A DNA stretch of 63,697 bases, counting the filler, from Octopus bimaculoides (Eukaryota), in the NCBI RefSeq assembly GCF_001194135.2. It is 5 parts of 5 records of this genome, joined end to end, with 100 filler letters (N's around TTAATTAATTAA, not from the genome) between each part and the next. Parts side by side here need not be neighbours in the genome. Positions count along the whole stretch, not along the records: positions 1 to 19,487 come from NC_068999.1; 4 more parts are not named here. One strand, written 5' to 3'. How positions within the stretch are numbered: the stretch's first letter is position 1; each line of letters starts with the position of its first letter. The notes below the pieces were generated by a model that had not been told where the DNA came from, made no database searches, and worked only from the letters and a program-made list of their open reading frames with translations. The translations under genes and the position numbers were made by a program. Positions 1 to 12,260 of this stretch are shown piece by piece.

Positions 1-255
1 AATACATATGTATATGTGTGTGTGTGCGTATGTACGTGTGTGTATTATGTATTGTAATGTTTATGTAATTCCTATATGTGTTTAAGTGTGTGCCATTGTT
101 CACAGTTGAGTGAAAGTCTATCTTGAAAGTATTTATAGCTAAAAGGAAGCGTGCAAAGACTTACCGAATAATGGTAAATCTGTAAGAATAATTAAAAGCC
201 GGCAAGATCTTGTCATATCTGCGAGGAACTTTAAAAGGACAGTTTGTTTACACAG

Positions 256-451
256 ATTTGAATGGCGTCCTTTGGAAGTAGATATATAACCACATTTGAT
301 GATGCTTTCAAAAGACCGAATCCTCTTAAAAATTCTTCAGAAAAACCAGGAAAGTATTATTCCTCGGATGACATGACATCTGAAGAACAACAAATCTCGT
401 TGCCGACATTACACAAATGCCAATTATCTCGAAATATTTCCAATAGAAAAT
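256..451 (+). CDS. Candidate coding exon of an unknown gene (ATG at 262)
   Basis: Acceptor tttgtttacacag|, donor |gtacgt at 452, open frame MASFGSRYITTFDDAFKRPNPLKNSSEKPGKYYSSDD... in non-repetitive sequence. No downstream exon identified. Confidence 0.3.
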
Positions 452-965
452 GTACGTTTTTATTGTTTTCTTTTAGCTTTTCTTTAAAACGTGTGAAGAA
501 GTTAACATTAAGAAAGAACTTGGGTGGGATTTTAGATGCTTGGAAGGTTAACACAGGGCATAGTGCCTATTAAATATGTGGTTTCCCATATATTGGCAAG
601 TAATGTGTATGTTTTAGTCTAAGTGGTAAGCCCCTGTTGAGGCTAGACCGTAGCACGCTTTCAGTGGTTTGTATCTGTGGTAATTGAAGTAAATTCTCTT
701 TATTATATTTAATCATCTTTGGCAAAGTCATGAACATTAGAAATCTAAGAATGGAACTTGTGTACGATGCTTAACCAAAATATCCAAGACACATATCAGA
801 CATTGCAGTATACAGCACATAAAAACATGAGGTTGTCACGGTCGGATAAACCCGCTAAAACATAACAACGATTCTTGTGAATTCAACCCAATCTGTGAGG
901 CTGCTTCAATTTATGGCTGAGTTCACATTATTTATACTTTAATGTCTTCGAGAAAACTTTGGATT

Positions 966-1710
966 AGGTGCAGGAATGGTTGTGCGCTGAGACGTTTGCT
1001 TCCCGAACACATGGTTTTCAGTTCAGTCCTGCTGCACGGCACCTTGAACAAGTGACTTCACTACAGGACCCACCGAAGCCTTGTAAGTGTATTTGGTAGA
1101 TGGAAGCTCAAAGAAACCAGTCGTATATACATATGTAGACAGCTTTATTATGCAATAAAATGTAATAAACATTTTTGATCAAATAAACATTACAAACGAA
1201 ACATCTGATTAAATACCAGCTAAATTTTCGAGCAGTAAGGGTCAGCTTGAGAAACATTTATGATTGAAGTTTTTCGTATATCAAATTGCATCATGGAAGT
1301 GAATCAAGCAATTGAAAAACTGCATAGGAATTTATGCCACATAGTTCCGGGTTCCACTGTGTGACACCTTGAGCAAGTGTCTTCTACTATAGCAGTGGGC
1401 CTACTAAAAGCCCTGTAGGTGAATTTGGTAGACGAAAACTGGAGGAAGCCCATCGTGTATATATGTATATATCTATGTGTGTGTGTGGCTTTGTGTCACC
1501 ATCTTGACAACCGGCGTTGGTGTAGTTACGTCCCTGTAACTTACCAGTTCGGCAAAATCGACCGATGAAATAAGTACAAGGCTTAAAATAAAAATAATAA
1601 GTCCTGGGGTCGATTTGTTCGACTAAAAAATTTTTTTTAAACCCTTCAAGGTGGCACTCCAGCATGGCCGCAGTCAAATGACTGAAACAAGTAGAAGAAT
1701 AAAAGAATAA
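966..1710 (+). mobile_element. Two family A SINE pieces (966-1128, 1337-1710) separated by a 205-bp insert
   Basis: Homology to the 35243-35687 copy. Confidence 0.8.
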
Positions 1711-2249
1711 ACGAAATCACATATCGAAACGAAATTACAGCTGCATGCAATCATAATGTTCCGAAAGCTTTATTCAAGGGAATAGTTAAATTCTGTTACC
1801 GAGCTGGTAATCACCTTAAATTGTCTTAATCAACATATAAAACATATGCAAAGCTGTAACGATAAATAACGAAGTCTCGTATAGGCTGTCTGAAAATATA
1901 ATGGAAGGGCGATGGCTGAAACGATCAGATCTGATATGGGTCTAAACAACAACAAGAACGATAACAACAACAACAACAACAATAATGTAATGTATTTGTT
2001 TTGCGGTTTATTGTTATAATACTAAAATATTCTAAAATAAGGTTGTATATACTAAGATATTCCAAAATAGCTTGTTCAGTAGCCATAAAAGCCTAAATAA
2101 CAGTCAATCGATTTAAAATATATCTTTGAAAGGCAGACAGCGTGAAATGATTGCTAGATGCCATGTAATAGAAACTCGATTCATAATTCAGCGATATTTA
2201 ACTATTGATATGTAATATTTCAGCCACAGTCAATAAACTGGAGAGAAAG

Positions 2250-2339
<90 letters not shown>

Positions 2340-2568
2340 ACACACACACAGATAGATAGACAGACAGAGTGAAAGAGGGAGGGGTTGATTCAACTAGACT
2401 TATTTGTCCTTGACATACTACGCAAAAATGACGTTTTCTATGGCAAACCGTAGTACCATGAAGAGATAACAGACAATTATATCTTAAAGCATGGGCTAGC
2501 TGGGCAATAGCCCGGAACCTCGCAGTTAATAGGACCCAACTCTGATCTATATATATTGCTGTGGCTTA

Positions 2569-2760
2569 CTGTCAATAAATACTACACAGCCCACTGCATT
2601 GATCTGACTAGGGGGCGTCACGAGTTTAGGGGTTCAGTTCTCACCGATGCTTGCAGTTTGTTTGCTGTCAATTAATAAATGCTATAGAGACCGGTGCATT
2701 GATTAACTAGAGTCTTCACGAATTTAGGGGCCCGGTTTTCATCGATGTATGCTGACTTGC
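2569..2760. repeat. Diverged tandem duplication, 96-bp unit, 2 copies
   Basis: Units at 2569 and 2665: ctgtcaa..taaat..tgcattgat..actag..tcacga.tttagggg..gtt.tca.cgatg. Confidence 0.75.
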
Positions 2761-2761
2761 T

Positions 2762-3105
2762 AGGCGCAGGCGTGGGCTTGTGGTACGAAGTTTGCTTGTA
2801 AACCACATGGTTCCGAATTCAGTTGCACCGCGTGGCACTCTCAACAAGTGTTTTCTGCTATAGCTTCGGGCCGACCAAAGTCTTGTGAGCGAATTGGGGG
2901 GACAGAAACTGAAAGGAATCCGTCGTATATATATATATAGATATGTGTGTGCGTGTGTGTTTGTGTGTGTATGTGTGTATTATGTTTGGATCTGTTTGTC
3001 CTTCATCACCGCTTGACAAACGGTGTTGGCGTGTTTATGTGCCCGTAACATAGCGGTTCGGCAAAAGAGACTGATAGAATAAGTGCTAGGATTTTAGAAA
3101 AAATA
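2762..3105 (+). mobile_element. SINE family A copy
   Basis: Head ggcgcaggcgtggg..., internal microsatellite, homologous 3' half. Confidence 0.85.
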
Positions 3106-3200
3106 AGCACGAGCAGGCTGTTCCGTTGACCGGATCAATTAGAACCTACATCATCGTCGTAACTGACGGAGTGTCATTATTATGAATGGGACACAAGGCA

Positions 3201-3290
3201 GAGTGCTGGCAGAATCGTTAGCACGCCGGGCGAAATGCTTAGCGATATTTCGTCTACCGTTGCGTTCTGAGTTCAAATGGGGTCGAGTCG
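3201..3290 (+). mobile_element. SINE family B head fragment
   Basis: Homology to the 63434 copy. Confidence 0.8.
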
Positions 3291-3885
3291 TTCGGCTAAA
3301 ATTCTTGAAGGCAGTACCCCAGCATGGTCGCAGTCTAATGACTGAAACAAGCAAATGATAAAAGATAAAAAGAGAACTCATTGCATTGATTTTTTCCAGG
3401 GGGTTGTCTTGTCTTGGGGTCCAGTTCTCATCTATCTATGCTGTTATCCACAATCAATAAATAGCTACGATAGGATCCAGTGCTTCGATTTCCCCGGAGG
3501 AGGAAACTATAAGGCTCGTAAGATAGCTCTCTCTAGTAACAGACGTCAACGCTTTCAACTGTAAGGCTTAAAAAAAAAAGAAAAAAAAAGTGTGTATTGC
3601 CGAAAGTGAGTTTTAATGTTTGAATGTAGTGAAAAACGGTTGTTAATAGAGAGAAGAGGCAACGCCATTGTTTTTGCTTATATAATCGCTAAATAGAACG
3701 AAAATACTCTCTAGTTAATTAATTATTCTATGGAGCTGACCTATTTCTTGATTGTAATGTAATGTCTTACTTGAACGGTTGTAAAGCGTTTGTGAATACA
3801 TTTGTTAATAGAGCGGCTCAGCTCTCAGGTATAAAGATCTCTATCTGTTGATTGTTGTTGTCTTTGCACCTATTATTACGAGGGT

Positions 3886-4195
3886 GAAGGAGCATGGCTC
3901 GATGGTTTGGGTAATCGTCTAACAATTGTAAGGTCGTGGTTTCATTCCCGGCAGCGGGTTGTGTCCTTGAGCAAGGCATTTTACTTCGTGTTGCTCCGGT
4001 TCACTCACCTAGCAAACATGAATAGCACCTGTATTTGAAAGGGGCCAGCCTTGTCGCACTCTGTGTCACGCTGAATCTCCCTGAGAACTACGTCAAGGGT
4101 ACACGTGTCTGCGGAGTGCTCAGCCACTTTCACGTTAAAATTCACGAGCAGGTTGTTCCGTTGACCGGATCAAAGGGAACCCACATCATCGTCGC
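3886..4195 (+). mobile_element. tRNA-derived SINE family C
   Basis: Head gaaggagcatggctcgatggtt...gtcgtggtttcattccc; body ccttgagcaaggc...gtcacgctgaatctccctgagaactac. Homologous to 13975-14295 (minus). Confidence 0.8.
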
Positions 4196-4224
4196 CATTA
4201 TTATGAATGGGACACAAGGCAAAG

Positions 4225-4574
4225 TTCTGGCAGAATCGTTAGCACGCCGGGCGAAATGTTTAGCGATATTTCGTCAGCTGCTGCGTTCTGAGTTCAAACT
4301 CCACCGAGGTCGACTTTGCGTTTCATTCTTTCGGGGTCGATGAAATAAGTACCAATNNNNNNNNNNNNNNNNNNNNNNNNNNNNNNNNNNNNNNNNNNNN
4401 NNNNNNNNNNNNNNNNNNNNNNNNNNNNNNNNNNNNNNNNNNNNNNNNNNNNNNNNNNNNNNNNNNNNNGACTTTGCTCTTCATCCTTTCGGGGCTGATA
4501 AAATAGGTGCCAGTTGAGCTCTGGGGTAATATAATCGACTCTCCCTGTGTCCCAAAATTTCAGGCCTTGTGCCA
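4225..4574 (+). mobile_element. SINE family B, spanning a gap
   Basis: Head before the gap, tail after it. Confidence 0.8.
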
Positions 4575-4680
4575 ATGACTGGTACTTCGTCGGTCACGAC
4601 GACGAGGATTCCAGTTAGTCCACTCAACGGTACAACCTGCTCTTGAAATTAATATGCAAGTAGCTGAGCACTCCACAGGC
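4575..4680 (-). mobile_element. SINE family C, 3' tail
   Basis: Reverse complement of ttgttccgttgaccggatc...gtcgtcg. Confidence 0.65.
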
Positions 4681-4974
4681 AAAGTCGACCTCAGCGGAAT
4701 TTGAACACAGAACGTAAAGACAGACGAAATTTCCTGTAGACAGCTTTATTATGCAATAAACATTTTTGATCAAATAAAAATTACGAACCGAACATCCGAT
4801 TAAATACCAGCTAAATTTTCAAGCAGTACGGGTCGGCTTGAGAAACATTTATGATTGAAAGTTTTCGTATATCAAATTGCATGATGGGAGTGAATCAAGC
4901 AATGGAAAAACTGCATAGGAATTTATGCCACAATTTGCTAAAATAATACGAAGTTCTACATTCTTTAAAACAAA

Positions 4975-5184
4975 TATTCTTTTCTACTCTAGGAACAAAG
5001 CCCGAAATTTAGGGGGAGAGGATCAGATTGACCCCAGTATACAACTGGTACTAAATTTACCGAACCCGAAAGGATGAAAGACAAAGTCGACCTCGGCGGA
5101 ATTTGAACTCAGAACGTAGAGGCAGACGAAATACTGCTAAGCATTTCGCCCGACGTGCTAACGTTTCTGCCAGCACCCCGCCTT
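4975..5184 (-). mobile_element. SINE family B, full-length
   Basis: Reverse complement, head to tail. Confidence 0.88.
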
Positions 5185-5762
5185 AAAAGAACAAATTATT
5201 ATTATTGTTGTTATTGTTGAATGGCGAACTGACAGCAATTATAGATCTCACTCCGAAGACATTCCATTCATTTAAAAAAAAATTATGTATTTATTAATCT
5301 ATTTTTGCTGAAAATACATAATTNNNNNNNNNNNNNNNNNNNNNNNNNNNNNNNNNNNNNNNNNNNNNNNNNNNNNNNNNNNNNNNNNNNNNNNNNNNNN
5401 NNNNNNNNNNNNNNNNNNNNNNNNNNNNNNNNNNNNNNNNNNNNNNNNNNNNNNNNNNNNNNNNNNNNNNNNNNNNNNNNNNNNNNNNNNNNNNNNNNNN
5501 NNNNNNNNNNNNNNNNNNNNNNNNNNNNNNNNNNNNNNNNNNNNNNNNNNNNNNNNNNNNNNNNNNNNNNNNNNNNNNNNNNNNNNNNNNNNNNNNNNNN
5601 NNNNNNNNNNNNNNNNNNNNNNNNNNNNNNNNNNNNNNNNNNNNNNNNNNNNNNNNNNNNNNNNNNNNNNNNNNNNNNNNNNNNNNNNNNNNNNNNNNNN
5701 NNNNNNNNNNNNNNNNNNNNNNNNNNNNNNNNNNNNNNNNNNNNNNNNNNNNNNNNNNNNNN

Positions 5763-5810
<48 letters not shown>

Positions 5811-5811
5811 T

Positions 5812-5965
5812 TGGTTCAGTCATTAGACTGCAGCCCTGCTGGAGCACCACCTTGAATTTTTATTCCTATGAATCCGCCCCATGACTTATCTCTTAAGCCT
5901 GGTACTTATTATATCGGTCGCTTTGCCGAACCACTAATTAATGGAGACGCAAACACGCCGAAGAT
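5812..5965 (-). mobile_element. SINE family A, 3' half
   Basis: Reverse complement of the family A tail. Confidence 0.7.
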
Positions 5966-5984
5966 ATACCGTAAAGCATTTCTG

Positions 5985-6137
5985 ACGGTGCGCCAACGAT
6001 TCCGTCATTCTTCCATCCGCAGGGCGACGTGAAAGGAAATGTTTTGCTCCAGAATACATCTTTCCTCCCGGTCCAGGAATCGAACCCACGATCTGGCAAT
6101 CGTGTTTGCAACACCCTAACCAGTAGGCCACGCGCCA
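5985..6137 (-). mobile_element. tRNA-derived SINE head (family C-like)
   Basis: ggcgcgtggcctactggttagggtgttg...gggttcgattcctggaccggg followed by SINE body; not a tRNA gene. Confidence 0.65.
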
Positions 6138-7414
6138 TGACTGCAGTCCAATTCCTGAAAACAGAAGATAAAAGATATATAACATGAACATATAACGCAC
6201 GTCAATAATATTCTCTGCTGCATCGCCATATATCGTAAACCAACAAAGCTCTTCACAGTATCTTCAAATTTTTACACTAACAATGCTTTTCTTCATTGAA
6301 AATTTCTTCACTTTCAAGTTTTAATAAATGAATGGCTTTAGTAACTGTATTGAGTATCTTTCTCAATTTAACAAATATCCACGCATAAAATAAATATTAA
6401 ATATATGTCATGCAGAAAGAAACTTCCTCTTTGTGAGACCGTAAATGGCATTTTAATGTTATAGCATCACGCATTTAAAAGTGTCGTAATTGACGTCAAA
6501 ACCAGCTTCGTCTTATGCTAGTATATTATCCAATTCAACTCAACTGACCTCAGCTATTTTCAGTTTTCATTACATTTATTTCTAAAGAAGATAAGCCCAC
6601 GCTTTTTCATTGCAAATTATTCTGCAATATATTATCTTTTAACCACATATATTGTCGCTAATTCAGTCCGTCTCTTACAATATACTCTGTCGCTATTACG
6701 GCACATCAAAGTGAGTTGATCGATATTCCAGCTCGATATAGTCTCTTGATAATTCAACTGTATCAACCATCTGTATAATATCTCACAACTGATTCATTTA
6801 CACCCAGCCTCGATTTCATTTCGACGAGACTTACTTCCTGTTTACTCCTATATTAATGTCCACTACAGAAAGACATTTTTTCTTAATTCTTCATCAAATG
6901 AAATTCATAACATATGGAGGAGTTTTATTTCGCTTTGTTTTTAATTTCTGGTACCATTTAGATTTTATGCTTAGATAAACGATTTTACAATCCCCAGTTG
7001 TCACCCACGCATTCTTTTTTACTAATCTTAACCTACAAAATTTACTGAATCGTGTGGTTTTCTAATCAGAACGCCTTGAGTTAACTATTTCTTGTAAATC
7101 ATATACATCTAAAACTGTGTAATCAAATAACGCCATCTTGGACGATAAACTAGCTGAACTCAGACCGGAAGTTCATATTCCTATCAGTAAGACAGTTGAA
7201 CTGCTTCAATGTGAAAAGTTAACTTTTAATTGATCTATTTCTTATTGATCAGTGATTGTTAATATCCTTGAAGTAAGTAAAACTGGAACAAATTGAAAAT
7301 CAATTGAGATATCTCTATAGACACTGATATCTCTAGTTCCAACATTTCTCTGATCAACAATGAGCTCTCACTGTTTTTATGTTTCTGTTATTCAAAAGGT
7401 GATGGGTAGATAGA

Positions 7415-7504
7415 CAGAGAGGCACAGGGGCTGAGAGGCACAGGAGCAGAGAGGCACAAGAGCAGAGAGGCACAGGGCCAGAGAGGCATAGGGGCAAAGA
7501 GGCC
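7415..7504. repeat. 16-bp minisatellite (cagagaggcacaggag-like), about 5.5 copies
   Basis: Direct inspection. Confidence 0.85.
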
Positions 7505-7791
7505 GCTTTCTCGTTGTTGTATATTGATGATACAATAAATCTATGACAACGGTTTAATTTCTTTTCTTTTTTTTTTTCTGCTTTGCTTTTGAGATAATTT
7601 ACTTCCTACTTTCTTATCATCCCTTCCTGATTTGTAACTAGGATACGAATGCACGTCAGTAATTATTAACCTGGGTGGTAACAACGCCTTGGGACACTGA
7701 GAGCAACAAATGTCAAGACAAAGCTTTGGCGGGGGTCAATGGGAATTAAGAAGGTCGTTATTTTTCCTTAGAAATAAAATTTTGGCTGAGG

Positions 7792-8082
7792 CAGTGTTTC
7801 TCAACCTTTTTACATTTACTAACCCTTAACATAAATTACGTGTCTCAAGGAACCTCTGAACAAAAAAAAATTATACACCATATCTTTCTCATATTTTTTT
7901 TTCATCGTAGTTCATGTGGTAAATATCATATAAATATTGTAAGATTACAATATTACAATAACCAATAATATGTTGTGCATGTATAGTAATATTACGATCA
8001 TGAAATTAACATTAGCTTATCTCACACTTACTCGCGGAACCCCTAGGAACCTTTTGTGAAACGCTGAGTTAAAAGGACATTG
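7792..8082. mobile_element. hAT-type MITE relic
   Basis: Left end cagtgtttctcaacctttt; degenerate right end gaaacgctgagttaaaaggacattg; internal ggaaccc motifs. No TSD. Confidence 0.55.
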
Positions 8083-8083
8083 T

Positions 8084-8385
8084 GTTATCAGTGAACAGAA
8101 ATATAACTGACAATATACCAAAGTCCAATATAATTTCATTACATAAGAACTTGCTTTCTTTAGCAATTTAACATAGAGGGCACAAGTTAAGACGGATGTC
8201 AATGTGTAGGATGAAATTGCGTTATCAGTGAGTGGAAACATGACTGATGATGCACCAAGGTTCAAAATAATTTCATTACAGAAGTCCTCGCCTTCTTTAG
8301 TAATAATAATAACCACCAGTCCACGTAGTTGTGTATGTGTAGAATGTTATATTATTAGTGAGTAGAAACATGACTGAGGAGCACA
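8084..8385. repeat. Diverged tandem repeat, 130-137-bp unit, 2.3 copies
   Basis: Units at 8084, 8221 and 8351 share ttat.agtga...gaaa.at.actga; units 1 and 2 also share ataatttcattaca...tctttag.aat. Confidence 0.8.
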
Positions 8386-9307
8386 CATATCTAGTATATA
8401 GTTTGAGGAGTGATCGTATTCTTTTAAAGCAATTTCTATGGAAATTTAATTTTAAAATTAATCATGCGAATGCCTAAACAGAAGCACATGTTAGGTGAGA
8501 TAGCATAAGAAAGGTGTAGATAACAAATTACTATAAAATTAGCTTTTGCTTCATTAACATAATTTGCCCTTCTTTTCTTTTCTTTTCTTTTGCAAACATG
8601 GAGTAGAGACGTTCGTAAAACATCTTCTGTGATAAGTGACAGTGATCCACACGAAAGCTAAGAACCACTGGAATAAATGAATCATTTAACTTGTCCTTGA
8701 CACACTAAATGAAAATTAATCCTTTAAACAATAATAGCTTTATCCTTTAAGAGATACAGGATGTTTTCGCTTTCATATTATAATTATCCTATATCATGAA
8801 CGTACATGAAAGATTACGCAGTCACGTCTCTTTAGAGTCAGACAATTATATCCGATTATTGCTATGCATTGTCTCTTATTTCCTTGTTAGAATGTTGTCA
8901 GCTGCTCTCCATTTGTGGTAGCTATTCGATGTAGAGAGCGGCTGTCTCGAAAGTAGTCTGTTGTCGTAACCATGGCCGTCTTAACAGAATTATTGGCACC
9001 CAGACAAACCAATGCAGTGGGCCTTATAACTAGCGCTCCGTCGGTTACCGCCATGAGAGGTTCCAGTCGATCCAGTTTGAGTAGTTAAAAAATTGGCTTT
9101 GCAATCGTGAGGTTGCCGGTTCGGTCTTTCAGCGTGACGTCTGAGGTAAGAGAGTCTTTACTCTAACGTCGGGGTTAACTCAAGTCATGTGACTGAAATT
9201 TGGTAAATAGAAACTGTGTGGAAGACCTTAGAATGGATTATATCTGTAATTCAAAGGTCCCAATTGTCACTCTGATTTAATTTAAGAAATACAACCATAC
9301 AAACATA

Positions 9308-9364
<57 letters not shown>

Positions 9365-9365
<1 letters not shown>

Positions 9366-9510
9366 ACGGGTTTCTTTCAATTTACTAAATCCACTCACAA
9401 GGCTTTGGTCGGCCCGAGAAGACACTTGCCCAAGGTGCGACGCAGTGGGATTGAACCCGGAACCATGTGGTTGGTAAGCAAGCTACTTACCACACAACCA
9501 TTCTTGCGCC
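9365..9510 (-). mobile_element. SINE family A, 5' half
   Basis: Reverse complement of the family A head. Confidence 0.85.
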
Positions 9511-9582
9511 AATGTATGTATGTATGTGTACATATAGATATAACACATGTGTATACAAATATGTATAGATATACTTATATAG

Positions 9583-9613
<31 letters not shown>

Positions 9614-10644
9614 NNNNNNNNNNNNNNNNNNNNNNNNNNNNNNNNNNNNNNNNNNNNNNNNNNNNNNNNNNNNNNNACCACACAACCATTCTTGCGCCAA
9701 TGTATGTATGTATGTATAATTGTACGTATGCATTTCTTGAATCGGTATTTAAAATAAGTCTGAGTTTAAATATCGTCATTGTTAACTTTTACCTTCAATA
9801 GTTTGAGGGGAGGGGCAATAAAATGAAAGACCAATCAAATATCGAATCGATTTAATCGCCAAACATTCCACCCGACATGTGTGGCTTTGTGCCTGCAGTA
9901 GAAATCAATAATTTTATAACGTTGTCATTTAACCCTTAAACAATGGGGAAAATGTTGCATGAACGAAACGGGCAAAAAAAAAAAAGGTTTGCATGAACCA
10001 AACGGACAAAAAGTAAAAAAAAAAAAGAAAAGAAAACATTTATTTTACTTAAGGCTAATTTTCAGTTTAGATAAGTTCAAAAACTATAACTGTTAGTCTC
10101 TCGCATAATAAAATTTGCAATCTCATTATCGAAAAGAGCCGTAAAATATTCACTTTCTTTTGATGATGGCTGCATTCATGTAAAATGCTTCGAACATCAA
10201 TTGATGATGTCCGCTGTTCTCTAGTGAAACATCAATTGATGACATCCGCCGTTTAAGGGTTAATACTGGCGAATCTCTAAAGCTGTTGATTTAAAAGACC
10301 TTTATTGAAAACGTTTGTGTCATAGAGAAACCAGCCTAATAATAGCCGTACCTCTTCAATCAGTTGCAAAACATCCGTCAACTTCATACAACTAACGCTA
10401 GTAATACAAATGAGATGCGTTCCTTCATGGCACCCGCAAATGAATCCAAGCTGAACTTTGCTGCGAACAGGATAGCCATGGATTTCAATTCCCCGTTTAT
10501 CCAAGGTCAATCACCTTAATCATGTAATCCTCTGGGGTGGGTGAGAAATACATTAATGCCATTACTTCACGTTCATTCATTTCTCTAAATTACAAGTTCT
10601 ATCTGCTTATCAAAAGCGAAATCGATATTTAGACTGGCGTAAAA

Positions 10645-10813
10645 GCAGCGAGTTGGCAGGGTCGTTTGTACGCAGGGTAAAACACCTGGCATCATATCGC
10701 CCGTCGCTACGTTCTGGGTTCAAATTCCGCCGAGGATGACTCTGCCTTTCATCATTTCGGTGTCAATAAATTAAGTACCATTTGTGTACTGGGGTCGATG
10801 TAATCAACTAATT

Positions 10814-10816
<3 letters not shown>
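10645..10816 (+). mobile_element. SINE family B
   Basis: Homology to the 63434 copy. Confidence 0.82.
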
Positions 10817-10861
<45 letters not shown>

Positions 10862-11072
10862 GTCTTTGTCCCCCACCATCTCTTGACAACAGATGCTGGT
10901 GTGCTTATGTCCCCGTAACTAGCGGTTCGGCCAAAGAGATCGATAGAAAAAAAGTACTGGGCTTACAAAGAATATAAGTCCTGAGGTCGATTTCTTCGAC
11001 GAAAACCCTTTAACGCGGCGCTCCAGCATGGCCGTAGCCTAACAACTGAAACAAGTAAAAGACAAAGGATAA
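10862..11072 (+). mobile_element. SINE family A, 3' half
   Basis: Homology to the 35243-35687 copy. Confidence 0.85.
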
Positions 11073-11080
11073 AACATATG

Positions 11081-11123
<43 letters not shown>

Positions 11124-11386
11124 NNNNNNNNNNNNNNNNNNNNNNNNNNNNNNNNNNNNNNNNNNNNNNNNNNNNNNNNNNNNNNNNNNNNNNNNNNNNN
11201 NNNNNNNNNNNNNNNNNNNNNNNNNNNNNNNNNNNNNNNNNNNNNNNNNNNNNNNNNNNNNNNNNNNNNNNNNNNNNNNNNNNNNNNNNNNNNNNNNNNN
11301 NNNNNNNNNNNNNNNNNNNNNNNNNNNNNNNNNNNNNNNNNNNNNNNNNNNNNNNNNNNNNNNNNNNNNNNNNNNNNNNNNNNNNN

Positions 11387-11444
<58 letters not shown>

Positions 11445-11859
11445 GTATGCCTATGTCAAGGTGTCTTTGTACGTCTCAGAGTGGTTACTATCCATACGCC
11501 CGCCACGATGTGACAGTGTAAATATAGATCTTTAGCAAGGCAAGATACATTCTATAGCAGCAACATTAAAATAAGCTAAATCCTACGTGAATATTCTTCT
11601 CAAATATCATATTCGTCTATTGTTAGAAAATCGCTTGGTACAATCTTTAATGTTTTCCTTCAAAAATCTTAATCTTCGATTCACTTTCACAAATACACTT
11701 CGATAGCTGACCTTCACCTGACCTCTCATGCGTGTTTATCGATTTTTGTTCTATATATTTCTCTTATTACTGAAATAGTGAAGATCAAACTAAATTATTG
11801 ACAGGTGATTTGATACTTACACGTTTAGACAAAAGAAGTGAGTAGAATAAGGGAGAGAC

Positions 11860-11860
11860 A

Positions 11861-11901
<41 letters not shown>

Positions 11902-12147
11902 ACGCGCACCTACATATATATATAGACAAGATAGATAGAGAGATATGTAGGTAAGTGGATATGTAGGTAGATAGACAGACAAATAGATAGACAGACAGAT
12001 ATATATATATATAGAGAGAGAGAGAGAGTGAGAGAGAGAGAGAAATAAAGTAAGAAATATAGAAAGAAAGAAAGAAAGAAAGAGAGAACGAGTAAGATAA
12101 GTAAATAGGGAAATAAATAGATGGATAACAAAGACAGACAGACAGAC

Positions 12148-12200
<53 letters not shown>

Positions 12201-12260
12201 TACACATATATGTGTGTGTGCGTATATATATACATACATACCTATATATATATATATATA
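11860..12260. repeat. Compound (CA)n/(GATA)n/(GA)n/(GAAA)n/(TA)n microsatellite; representative of many such tracts (e.g. 2253-2350, 13000-13640, 29570-29800, 49590-50060, 51870-52270, 55750-56160, 58480-58660, 59195-59300)
   Basis: Direct inspection. Confidence 0.95.

Noticed and set aside
572-605. cctgttgaggctagaccgtagcacgc, hammerhead-like
   Set aside because: The GAAA element is absent; too degenerate to support.
5985-6137. tRNA-like sequence
   Set aside because: Lacks an acceptor-stem 3' half and continues into SINE body; a SINE head, not a tRNA gene.
8084-8385. CRISPR-like repeat-spacer or C/D snoRNA interpretation of the tandem motifs
   Set aside because: Eukaryotic context, no cas genes, the inter-motif sequence is homologous between units, and there is no canonical C/D box pairing.
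9489-9717. Direct repeat accacacaaccattcttgcgccaatgtatg on both sides of a gap
   Set aside because: Most likely an unmerged contig overlap.
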